Assembly (NCBI RefSeq): GCF_902459465.1
Contig: NC_047065.1
Location: 5,084,001-5,148,000, forward strand
Source: Asterias rubens
Lineage: Eukaryota
Reading direction: 5' to 3'
DNA: 64,000 nt
Part shown: one piece after another, positions 46,222-58,598 of the stretch
Layout: every line of letters starts with the position of its first letter
Position numbering within the stretch: position 1 is the first letter of the stretch
Made by a program: the position numbers and the translations under genes
The notes under the pieces: model-generated
The model's input: only the letters and a program-made list of their open reading frames with translations
Told to the model about the DNA's origin: nothing
Database searches by the model: none

Positions 46222-49200
46222 ATGAACACAACTTGCTGGATGGATTTTGTCACAAATGTGTCGAATTTATGCATTAAACATTACAATGATGCTCTGCCCA
46301 AGAAGGGAAAACCACAGGTCAACAGGGAATGGACGTTGCTGGCGGCAGTTGTGCAGAATTCTGCTGCTTCCAGTGAGCGAATTTCAAGTATAACAATTTC
46401 ATTCATAAATCATCTAGTAGATGTTCGGCACTAACTTAGTGTGTGTGGGGGGGGGGGGGATTAGTGTTTAGTTTCATCCGATAGTCACTTGACTTAGGAT
46501 GAAAAAATTAAAATAAAATATAATTTTTTACAAAAAGGGATAGGGCCTATCTCATAAAAGTCATAGGGTTAGAGATGTTCGGTACTTTGTGTCGGTCACT
46601 TTGTTCGGTCACTTAAGATAACCTGCGTATGGTGCCGCCACTTTTTGTCAATTTTTACAAAAAGGGATATCTCATAATATACATAACTTCATATCTAATG
46701 AACATGTGGTGTTGCACCATCAAGAACTTTTCCGTTATTTAAAATTAATTAAATTAGGTGTAACTCTAGCTCAATCATAGTTGCGATAATGTAACCCTGC
46801 TGTTGACGACCTCGGCAGGAGGGTTACGTTATAAATCGCAACTAGTTCAATCATTGAGGAGGAAGACCCTTATGATCATGCATGATGGTATATTGGTACC
46901 ACACCAGGACAGGGTTTAATAATAGTTGCGATAACGTAACCGTCCTGCCGACGGCGTGCTGGCTCCGCCGTCGGCAGGAGGTAACGTTATCGCAACTAGA
47001 CGGGGGTGTGTTTTTTCGCAGTCTTAACCAAACTATTTTGGTCATTACTGGCCATTTGACCAAACGGGAGTTATTGGTAAGGTTAGTAATACATGTACTA
47101 ATATTATGCACACGCGCGCCAAGCCTAAATTCCCCACTTAAACTAACCCTTGATGAAATAAGTATGACTTGAGCTCTGAAATCACTGCTCTGCGCAAGCA
47201 CTGATTCTTTGCGTACGGTAAGCACAGCCATGCCCAGCCCTGATGGAACCTAGCTACATACATGTACACCCAGTAAATGTTCCAGTATAAACATTTGGAA
47301 TTGTGTCGTGTCATACTGTTCCGCCCCAACTTGATAATCGTCCCAACTATAGTTGGGACTGTAGATGTGCCCTTTCCCTACTTCTGAGTCCTAGAACTAT
47401 ATGAGGTTCATTCCACTATCATCTCCACAAACTATAGCGAAACAAACCTCGTAGTCTAGGAGTAAATTACACTGATAGCCTCGGAATGAACCTGACAAAA
47501 TGCCTCACACCTCGAGAGCCAAAGTATCACTCAGGCCTGTATTCTAGAGAAGTCAATGACGATACTGGGGGATAGATATAATAATAATAATAACAATAAT
47601 AAAACCATTTATATAACACCTCCTAAGGTTAGAAAGCGCTCAGAGATATCATTCATTATCTTCCAGTACGCGCTAATCCTCCAATCAGATTTGCAGAATG
47701 CAGTGGTGATAAAAACCTATATTGCACGGCTAATATCACTACCATGTGTCTTGTGTGTTCTATGTCACGCACCAAGTGTGCTTGAAGATAAATACGTTAT
47801 CACACGCGCTTGTGGAAATACGGAAAATATAGCGCGTCTGCGTCCCATATCCAACTCGGCCTTCGGCCTCGTTGGATATGGGATGCAGAAGCGCTATATT
47901 TTTCCGTATTCCACTTGCGCTTGTGTGATAACTTATATTATCTTCCAGTACGCGCTAATCAAACAATCAGATGCTCGAACTGGAGGGGGGATAAAAACAT
48001 TTATATAACACCCAAGCAGATCCTTGCCATTTGATTGGAGGATTGTCCGTCACGTGATAGCAAATAAAAGTACCATTGCACGCTGAGTCACTCACCGTGC
48101 TTTTTCGTTCCATCCGAAAAGTACCATTGCACGCTGGCACGCTGCCAGCGTGCAATGGTACTTTTCGGATGGAACGAAAAAGCTGAGTAAAAACATCACT
48201 GCGGCGTGCGCGTGCCTTTGGTAACGCAGCAGGTGTTCTGCAAGAAGGCATTGTAAAATTACTAGCATTCGGCTTCTACAGTTGAAATTGTTTGTTTTGA
48301 AAGTTGTATCTTTCAATCAAAATTACAAGGTTCTACTTGGATGTTATATAAAACAAATAATGAATGTTTTTCATTCGTGCATTGGTACGGTGCGAATATG
48401 TTCATTCGTTGAAAGCTGGAATGTTCCATTCAACTCGGCTCCGCCTCGTTGAATAGAACATTCCATCTTTCAACTCATGAACATATTCGCACCATTGCAC
48501 TCATAAACATTCATTATGTGTATAATATACTACTTCCTCTCTGTTTTATATCATACTTCCTAAGTTTTTGTTCAACACAGTGCGTATTGTGAGTGTCAAT
48601 GCGTCACGCTCTGTATACGGACAGTTCAAAAATTACATTCTAAACTTTATGTGCGTGCATGCTGTTCGTCGTGAAATAACGTTCTGAAATTTTAAACATT
48701 GCGCGTTGCACGTGATACTGGAAGATAAATTCGTTATAACACGCGCGCTCGTGGAATACAAAAAATTTAGCGCGTCTTCAGCCTCGTTGGATATGTGACG
48801 CAGAAGCGCTTCCACTCGCGCTTGTGTGATAACTTATATAGTTTCTTTATAGAAACTCACGGGAGAGCCAGTTATAGTTTCGATAAATAGTATCAATCAT
48901 GTTGTTTCTGAAATAGAAACTTTGATTGGCTGTTATTTTCCCGCTTCTTTCTGGATCCTTCCCTTAATCCCTTTCCCCTCTCTTTTTCTATAAATGGATA
49001 AATGTATTTGTTTGTACTTGTTTTATGCCTCTTAAGAAGGTCCAGTTTGGATCGAAAGCTACGGCCATCTACCCTTTTTATAATAATAGCAATCATTAGT
49101 ATACCATTCTGTTTCAATTTTATTTCCAGTGACAGCAACAGACGGCTTGAAGGTTGTTGCTATGGCAACAGGATCAAAGTGTATTGGCCAGAACAAGATG

Positions 49201-52200
49201 AGCAAAGAAGGTATAATACAGATTGACTGGTTTTGTCTTCAATAAAGTTTTGGGATTGTGAGTGTGGAGTCCGAGGAATTGAAACACCAAATTCGGTTGT
49301 TTTTCAAATGTGGTATGAAATGCTGCATCAAGGCTACCTCGAACACCTTAGATTCCTGGATGTCTGTGGCTGGACTACAGATCAGTGACTAGCCGTAGAT
49401 CACTGAAAAGAAATTTGTATCTTTATTTTCTCCTGCCTTTTCTTTAGGTAATGGGTAACTCAAGGTTAAAAAAGATATATAATTTTTCTGTTTTATTTTT
49501 TCTAGGGAACATCATCAATGACAGTCATGCAGAAGTTTTGGCAAGAAGAGCATTTATAAGGTACGGAGAAATAAATGTATTATACCAAGTCCAACAGCCC
49601 TCCAACTGCCCCCTCCTTTTCCCAAAAATCTAAAGATTGATAAAGTTAGTACAGCTATAAACAAAAATAACTACAGAAGTTTGTGCTGTAATTCCCTTGT
49701 TTTATTTGCACTTTCAAACTTTAAAGTCAGCGATAGGAGTCCAAAGTTCTAGAAGATGTTTTACCACAGCTATCCCACCCCACCCCAAACTCATATTTCC
49801 AGTGCACTAATGACTTTATAAGAGAATTCTCAAAGTTATTTTTTTATTGTGAACCACCAGATACCTAAACGAGCAACTCCACTTTGCCTACTCCGATCAG
49901 AGAGAGAGTATCTTCACGGGACCCGATCAAAACTTCAAATGCCACCTCAAGGATGACGTAGAGTTTTACTTCTTCACGAGTCACACACCTTGCGGAGATG
50001 CCTCTATATTCCCAAAGGAGGACCCACCCTTGATTGTGTCCTCTCATGATGAATCTAAGAATGAGACTCTAAGAAAGGAGGCAAATGTTACGATCAAGGA
50101 GAAAGATACTGATTTTGAGGGAACTGATTGTGAAAGGGATTTCAGTCCAGGAATAAAACATAATCAAGATCACAGAAAGGAGGAGATATCCTTGACTGTG
50201 TCCTCTCATGACGAATCTAAGAATAAGACTCTAAGAAAGGAGGCAAATGTTACATTCGAGGATAGAGATGCTCAACTTGGGGGAACTGATGGAGACATCG
50301 ATTTTAGTCCAGGAATAAAACGAGATCAAGATTACAGAAAGGAGGAGACGCCCTTGACTGTGTCCTCCTCTCAAGACGAATCTAAGATTAAGACCCTAAG
50401 AAATGAGGCAGATGTTACGTTCGAGGAGAAAGGTTCTGATCTTGGGGGAACTGATTGTGAAACCGAAATCAGTCGAGGAATAAAACGAGCTAAAAAAGGT
50501 CTCGGAAAGGGAAGTGAGGATATCTCGTCTGTTTTGCCAGCGCCCTCTGAGGATTTCTGTTCGAGTAAGAGAATAAAGATGGAAGTGTTGACGTCGACAA
50601 CTCATACAGAGATTAAAGGGTGTGACCGTAGGGTTCCAAAGGAATGGAGTGGAGAAACAAATAATGAAGAGCTTGCGTCCAATCCTGCCAAGTCTCCAAA
50701 AGGTACATAGCCCAATCTCATGAAAGCTGTTTAGCAGAAAATTTTGCTCAGCGATTCTTTGCTAAGCACGAAATGAGTGGAGCACCGGTATGGAATGTTG
50801 GCTGGTAATCTGTTTTTGCTTAGCAGGATTTGTCTATGCTTACAGGCTTTATGAAATTGGGCCCAGGTGTTTAGTTTTCTGCTTTACCAACCAACCTATT
50901 CTTTTACAGCACCATGTAATGGTTTATAAGGTGCTGTTTGGCAATATGCAGCCAATCAAACAAGGCACATTGGGGCGAACCCCTACTCTTTTCGATAAGT
51001 GCACTGGGTTCTTTACGTGCATTATACTCAACACACTGGACCTACGACTTTGCGTCCCATCCAAAGGATGCAGCAATAATGGTTAAGTGTCTTGCTTTAG
51101 GACACAAGCGTCAAGACCAGGACTCGAACCCACACTCTGCTGTTCAGAAACACCAGAGCTCGAATCCGGTGATCTTATCTAAGTTAATCTTATCCGCTCG
51201 GCCAGGACATGCCACTAATAATACTATTGCTCCTTTTCTTTAAAACTCAACCAGCACATACAGAAGTTGCAGTGACATCCAATGACATCTACCGCACCGG
51301 TGCCAAGTGCGTTCCAGGAGGACCCCAAGATTTACTCCACCACGGGGCGGAGTATCACAGAGTCGGCCTCCTTCGTTTGAAGCCTGGACGCGGTGATCGA
51401 ACGCTGTCCATGTCCTGCAGTGACAAGATGGCGAGGTGGAATGTTGTAGGATACCAGGGTGCTTTGCTGTCACACTTTCTGGACAAGCCTGTCCACATGA
51501 AGACGCTTATTGTGGGAAAGTAAGAAGATACTATGTGTGTTTCAAAGTCTGTTTCATAGTTTTTTGTGCTCACTCAATTCAGTAGTCAACTTTGTTTTCT
51601 TCCTGTATGTTTTTGCAGATAACAAGTGCCTTTAAAACTTTTCTAAAATTTAAACAAATTAGCAGCCATATTTTGTGACATTTAAGTTCTCTGGATCTTT
51701 CATGTGAATTTGTAACATTTACTACAATCTCAAATTTTCCTTTGCACTGCACATAGGATAACCATTAAGTATGCATGAATCTTGCACTGCTCAAAAGCTT
51801 TAGACTTTGCCATTCAAGCAAACAAGCCCATCAAAAAAACCTAGAAATATGAAACTTTGTCATCATAGCCATTTTTTTTAATCATTTGGGCGAATGAAAC
51901 TAGTTGGTAAAATAAATTTCTTTACTTCCAGATGTCCTTACAACCAAGCTGCGATGGAGAGAGCCCTCATTGGCAGGTTACAGCCAGTGTCCGACCTGCC
52001 AGAACCCTACCGCATCAACGTACCGAGTATAGTATCATCCCAGATAGCATTCCCTGATGCTAAGGATGAGGTGCAAGCTCAGTTTGCTGGGAACCAGGGA
52101 AAGATGGCACCTGCTGGTTCAGGTGAGTGTGGCTCCTGATTTGGACCTTGACTTAAACACTCTGCCAGAAAATAGATGCTAGCATTAGATTTTTCACTCA

Positions 52201-55200
52201 GCTCAGATCGATGATTGATGGTTTTAGGTTTCATGTGATTGATGGCCTTGTAAGCTTGATTTGGGGTTTTTATTTTCATGAAAGAAGTTCATCAGGCTGG
52301 TTGTTATTTTACATTTACTTTTTATGAGAGATCGCCTATTATCGCAAGGCTGGTCGGCCACTCTAAGGTGAGCTAGGGCTACACTTAACTGATTTGAGCC
52401 ATCGATCCAAACCAACTGCCTCCAGCAACATGTTGCCACCTACTCCTGGGGCTGAAACAGGGACACCCCCTTCACAGTCCATAAGGATGTAGGCATGGAT
52501 GCGCATCATCCACTAGGAGCCTGGCTGGTAGAGCAGAATGCACAACCTTCTCATCATTTTACAAAGCAATTACGGTTAGGGCACTTGAGCGGGATTCTAA
52601 CAGACACGCCACAAATACAGAAAGCTGCAGTCTAGTTGTTGGGATTTTCAGGGGTGACTCAAATGTATGTATGGTATGTACTCCGAGGACAACCCCCACA
52701 AAAATTGAAATACACTTGTTTTTTTGTTTCTGTATCAAAGAACTTGAATTGATGGTTTCAATCTTGTTTTGTTTGATTGTCTTCGGAACATGTTTTATGT
52801 CCTTGTCGTCCCAAGTCCTTGTCTGTCTCAGGGAAATATCCAAAAGCATTATGCTTAAACTTTGTCCCTGCATGTTGACTAGTACGTTAATTTCTGTATA
52901 CATGGTACAGCTATTATCTTCAAGTCGATAAACTGTATTACTGTTAAGTTATTTGGCATCCGTCCTTCATTATTATACTCATTGATATTATTTTGTTTTC
53001 TACTGTATACATTATTGTTATTGTCGACATGGAAAATAAATGTACATTGATTGACTGATTGATTGATTTAAAGGCAGTGGACACTATTGGTAACTGTCAA
53101 AAGAGTAGCCTTCACAGTTGGTGTATCTTAACATTGTGCACAAAATAACAAACCTGTGAAAATTTGAGCTCAATCGGTCATCGAACTTGCGAGATAATAA
53201 TGAAAGAAAAAAACACCCTTGTCACACGAAGTTGTGTGCGTTCAGATGGTTGATTTCAAGACCTCATGTTCTAAATCTGAGGTCTCGAAATCAAATTCGT
53301 GGAAAATTACTTCTTTCTCGAAAACTATGGCACTTCAGAGGGAGCTGTTTCTCACAATGTTTTATACCATCAACCTCTCTCCCCATTACTCGTCACCAAG
53401 AAAGGTTTTAGGCTAATAATTATTTTGAGTAATTACCAAAAGTGTCCACTGACTTTAAGATGCTCAGAATTTGGAGCCAATAGTAGAGGAAGGAACTGTG
53501 AACCAGTTTGTCTTGCTATTATCACCCACAGCCATCATCTGGAGCAGGGTACAATGTAAGCCTTTAGAAGTGTCGGTGATTGGTAGCAGGCAAGGCGTCA
53601 CCACCAAGAATCTACACAAAGTAGAGGCCAGGTAAGTCACAAACTGGGCATTAGACCCCTTGCACAATGCAGATCGCACCTCTGTACAATGCACATCTTC
53701 CATTCTACCTTTTTGGGAGTGAATTCTTTTGGTGCACGTTGCGACTCCCAAATGGCAGAGAGGAATCAACACCCAAAGGGGGAGGTCATTGTGTGTTGTG
53801 CAAGGGGTATAAAGCAATGCAAAAGTCTATCAAGTTTCTTCAAAATATCAAGTAATAAACCACAAGGGAAATATAGTAGAATTTTGATTTCATCATTTAT
53901 AATCTAAAGTGTATGCATAACATTGGTTAGATTGAAAACATGAATTTTCACAGATTGGCATAATTACGACCACCATGGTACAAAGATAGTCATGGTAGAA
54001 AACTTCCCTTTAAATGTTTTTGCAGAAAATAGTTAATGGCCTGAAGATTTGTCCCTAACAGAGTCTTTCTCAAAGGCTAAAACAGAAGCAGTGAAGTGAA
54101 AATAAATTAATAGAGAGAGGGAATATAGAAGGGAGGCAGAAATCACACGGAAAAAGCAAGGGATAAACAAAATAATTTTGCCTTGAATAAGTGATATAGT
54201 CTCTGAGAAATGCTTGTAAAACATTTCTTTTTTTATCTCAGATTCCGAAAAAATCCAATGTTTCTAAAGAATGATGGGTTTGTTCAACTGTTTCGCTGTA
54301 TATGTTGGGTAACACTAAGTGTGGATACTGGTCTTTGGCATGTACCACAGTTGTCCACATGCTTTTAACAAAGCACCCTGTAAACATTTGTTTGTTTGTA
54401 TCTTAATTTCAGATGTAGTGTATGTAAGGCTGAGATGTTTCGATCGTTCAAAGAGTTGATGCAAGCAATCCCAGAACATCAGCTGCCACTAACATTGAGG
54501 TATGTACCTCGTATTGCGGGCAGGAGGTAGATGAATTCCAATTGGAGATGAAGTAAGGAGCCTGTTGCTCTGGCTTCTAAATGTCATACTGTGGTGGAAC
54601 AATAAACCTTTTGTTGACCCCGTGAGGGCGCTCTCAAACATATTTGTATCACTTCCGGGGATATATTAATTCATACCCAAAACAGTTACTAAAGACTGGA
54701 ACACATTACCACCACAGACATCTAAATCATCATGGACAATTAAGATCTTTAAAGGAGCTGTTATAATCCATATCTAAAGCAAGTTGAAACTATGGGGCAA
54801 CAAAAGTGATAAAGGCTAATTACACTGTGCAGGACGAATCACTTATATACCTCCGGAAGGGATAACTCTGAGCGCCCTCGCGTGGTCAAAAATACGATGC
54901 ATTAATGATTAGGCCCAATCTTAAATAAAATGGGGACAACAGCTACACCTATACTTGCTTTAACAGCAGCAACCTTTTCAGACAAGGTTTTAGCTTTAAA
55001 CAATAGACTCCTTGCAACAGAGGTCAAACAATGGAAATTCAATCAAATCGTTTTGACCTCATATTTTGGTTGCTTTGTATGAAGAACCCAAATTTTCTTT
55101 TAAAATCATGAAAATTATTCACAAATTTTATATTTCTTGTTTGCAGGAGTTCTAAACTACAAAATTACCTTGATTTCAAGCAAGCTGCCACAGTTTACCA

Positions 55201-55276
55201 AGAAGCTCTGGGTCGCTTACTCCACGTCTTTGATACATGGGTCAAGAAACCCGAGGAATATTCACTGTTCAGTTGA
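46222..55276 (+). CDS. ADAT1: tRNA-specific adenosine deaminase 1 (A37 of tRNA-Ala), 9 exons, 633 aa
   Basis: Exons 46222-46372, 49130-49210, 49506-49560, 49861-50702, 51255-51519, 51932-52122, 53532-53631, 54413-54499, 55147-55276. Introns are GT-AG, phases are consistent, and the total is 1902 nt. Motifs [67 protein letters not shown]. There are no dsRBDs. An alternative in-frame acceptor for exon 5 lies at 51264. Confidence 0.96.
47788..48840. repeat. Pile-up of palindromic MITEs in ADAT1 intron 1
   Basis: 47788-47937 (centre ctcggccttcggcctcg); 48001-48351 (TIR ttatataacacccaagcaga/tctacttggatgttatataa, containing a perfect 41-bp inverted repeat at 48099-48183); 48344-48525 (centre ctcggctccgcctcg); 48725-48840 (deleted copy of the first). 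Confidence 0.85.
50030..50490 (+). repeat. In-frame 162-bp (54-aa) tandem repeat, ~2.8 copies, in ADAT1 exon 4
   Basis: Units start TTG at 50030, 50192 and 50354: L(I/T)[17 protein letters not shown]......GTD...DFSPGIK..QD.RKEE. Confidence 0.95.
50915..51212 (-). mobile_element. tRNA-derived SINE in ADAT1 intron 4
   Basis: Reverse complement of the 10701 family (gcaccatgtaatggtttataaggtgct, actcgaacccacactctgctg, ccgctcggcc). Confidence 0.75.
53072..53454. mobile_element. Kolobok-like MITE family 1, full copy (reverse internal orientation)
   Basis: ttaa|aggcagtggacactattggtaactgtc ... ttaccaaaagtgtccactgact|ttaa. Confidence 0.88.
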
Positions 55277-58015
55277 CAGTCACTGGCCTGACCTTCAAGA
55301 TGTACTTGAGGAATAGTTTTCACTTCAAATTGTTGAGGTTTTTAGTCAGGGCCCAATGAGGCAGTTCACCACAGAGTTGTGCCTGGTAGGCCTGTAGGCC
55401 TGTACAATTTTACTGGAGCATTTCAAGGGCACCAAGGCAATGACCAGGGGGCATCAGCCCTGGCCCGGTTTATACTTCCTGCAAAAGCTTTGTTCAAAGC
55501 GAATAATCTTGCATCACAATTGGGTAGGCAGCGTGTACTGATTTTTGCATCACCAAAACTCCAAAACTTACTTTCGCAGTTGCATTTGCAGAAAGTATGA
55601 ACTGGGCTTGATGCATTTTGGCCCATAGGGTGCCATAAGCGCAGAATTCTGTGGTAAGCAGCATCATGAAATTGGGCTTGGAATTTTAACTGGGCTTATT
55701 TCATAGAGCTGCTCGAGCAGATAATATTGTTTAAACATTTAAACATTGAACACGAGGCATGGTGTTTTTGCTGGTAACCTTATTCTGGTAAGCATAATTA
55801 TGTTGTGCTTAGCAATTTCATGAAATTGTGCCCTGGACTTCAGACGTTTTACCTATTAATTTTTGTGAACACTCTTTTTACTTGCACACTTTTCTAAATT
55901 AATGATAAAATAAATAAAAATTGAAAAATATAAATAATGACACTGCTGAATATCTCTAGCGACGGTTGTTTGTTTTTTATTTGAATGTGTTCTTGTTAGT
56001 CTCCCCTGTCAAATAAAACGATCAAGGCGCCTACACAAAAACAAAATATTATACAAAGTAAAAAGTTGTCAACCTATGAAATTGGCATTAGATGCAAGTT
56101 GTCCTGTAACTGCCATATAGCAAGGGATCATGCCCAAAGGGAAAGTTGAAAATGGCTTTCGACTTTCATCTCAAACACAGGCATGCAACTTTATCTCGGA
56201 TCAGCTGATTTCTTAATATTTAGTCTCATTTTTACCATTCAAAATTGATAAATACTTTACAAAGTCAATGAAGTTTTGTAATTTCCTCATTTTTTGGTGA
56301 AGTAACAGTTGCACGCCTGCGAATAAAAGATATTGACAACATAGGGAGACTGACAACACAAGGGCTAGATATAGCTCAGTTGGTAGAGAGCCGTCATGTC
56401 AATCTGGAGATTGAGGTTCAAGTCGTACTCTAGTAAATTTGTCTTTATCCAATCCCAAATGCGTTAACAAATTTATCAGTCAGTTTTCCTTCTGGTTTAT
56501 TACTAAATATTTTTATTTTGTAACTTATCATTTAAAAAGCGAAGCTTGCCCCAACTTTACATTGGGCTCAAGATTATTACATACGTGTAAATAATATTTA
56601 CACTGAAACATATTTAATTTTACAGGAAATTTTACCCAAAGCCAAATATTCTTAAGGATACAAAAATATAATTCAAGCTGTAAATAGACATGCTGAAAAT
56701 GCATAGCTATCGATCGAGTGAAAGGCAAAAATCGTTATACAATAGAAAGGTGACGTACTCGCCCAAGCTACCTAGAGCTGCTAAAGTGCAAAAAGTAGCT
56801 CAGAGTTAACCAAATTATGCTTATCTGAATTAGACTTGTGGACAAGTTGTTGAATGTCTGTCGCGGTGATAGCATTCCGGCTCTCTGCGTGATATTCTCG
56901 CGGGACTGCTGCCCCCCCCCCTGCAAGATTACAATAATCAGCAGTAATCGGCAGGAAACCAGTAACAAGTTGTAATTTGGCTGATAACCTATTTATAAGC
57001 AAAGTTAAACAGGATACCAGTCACAGATGAACCATATGAAAATGGTGTACTGTTTTGGTTGGTAACCTTACGCTGGTAAGCAACATTTTGTCGTGCTTAG
57101 TTACTTTTTGTGATTATAAAAGCAGCTCTGTGAAATTGGGCCCCGATTTGAAAGTAAACACAAATAGATGACATACTGTAACTTACATTTTAAAGAGAAA
57201 AACAACAATGCCCTGAGTTCAATATGAACTATCACTGCTGTCTGAAACAGGGTTGTTTTGATAGCAAAAAATCTTTACTGTAAATCTTTCTAGAAAACAA
57301 ACTATTATTTGGCACAACTTTCACCTGCATGCCTCGTAAACTTTTGACCTATTTAGACCTTATTGAATAAACCCTTTTTGCTATGAAAAGTCGCCATCTT
57401 GTAGGGCAAACCGTATGCGCGTCCCACGCAGCACGCAACATTCCCGGTTTGATTTCTACGGCACACGCCTGCACACATGCGCACACACATACAGGCATGT
57501 TTATGGTGCAGACCGAGGACTTCTCTTTGTTCTCCCATTGTGTTTATTTTTCAGACCCCATTGGTCCCCATTGGTTTTGTACACAAAATCTACCGAGGAC
57601 TGTCCCTGGTGTGACTTTTTCCCGGATCCCTTTTGTTAAAGTCCTCAGTTATCAATAGTAGACATGCCCACATGCACCCACACGCGCACAGACGTCATGT
57701 TGTAGGTCAGACATTTGAACAGTGACGTCATATTCAATACGGTCTTTATTACTACTCTGTATTACTACTCTATCACATGTTTCCTGCAGGCATGAAGTGT
57801 CCACAGCTCTATTGTAGAAATTATTCAATCTTATAATAATGGTTACATCATCTGATTTTTCTCAACTTTTTATATGAAGAAAGGTGGCAAATCTCATAAT
57901 GTGGTCAGCTGTTACTTTAACAGGCCTCAAATTAACCCACGATACCCACATCAATTACGAATTTAACGTCTATTTTTATCAATCCTGTATAATACATAAC
58001 TCCCTCCCTTCAGCT

Positions 58016-58598
58016 ATGAGTATATAAAAAACCTCTACACTGAATAAAAAACCAAACCTTACTACATTAAAAGGTTGATTTCCAGATCCAAAACTTCACC
58101 CTTACACCATGTTATGGTTGATCACACAAAACATGACCGTTGTCCGCGACACATTTTCCAGCTCTGATCCTGTATAACAGTACGCTCAACTCCCTTCTAA
58201 ATGAGTATACAAATCAAAATTTGTACACAGAATAATAAAAAAAACTCACTTCCCTGAAAGGTTGCTTTCCAGACCCCAAAACTGAACCCTAAAACCACTG
58301 GATCTGTCAGGATGCTGGTCTGGTTGTGTGTAAGCGCCGTGAGGGAGTGGGTAGAACTCATTGTCTTGTTTGGGGTGAGGTTCAACCATGTCAACTTTTT
58401 TTCTGAATGAGTATACAACAAACTTTTATACTAAATAAAAAAACAATATATTTATAACTACCCTGAAAGGTTGCTTTCACGATCCAAAACTGAACCCTAA
58501 AACCACTGGATCTGTCAGGGTGGAGGATGCTGGTCTGGTTGTGTGTAAGCGTTGTGGGGTAGAGGGTAGAACTCATTATCTTGATTGGGTTGCTGAGG
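58016..58598 (-). repeat. Three tandem ~185-205 bp copies covering the DUSP22-like C-terminal codons and 3' UTR
   Basis: atgagtata...ccctgaaaggttgctttc..gatccaaaactgaaccct recurs at ~58016, ~58199 and ~58404. The two right-hand copies also share ggatgctggtctggttgtgtgtaagcg...gggtagaactcatt.tcttg. Confidence 0.88.

Noticed and set aside
47556-48316. ORFs of 74-150 aa in ADAT1 intron 1
   Set aside because: They are read through palindromic MITEs and have no homology.
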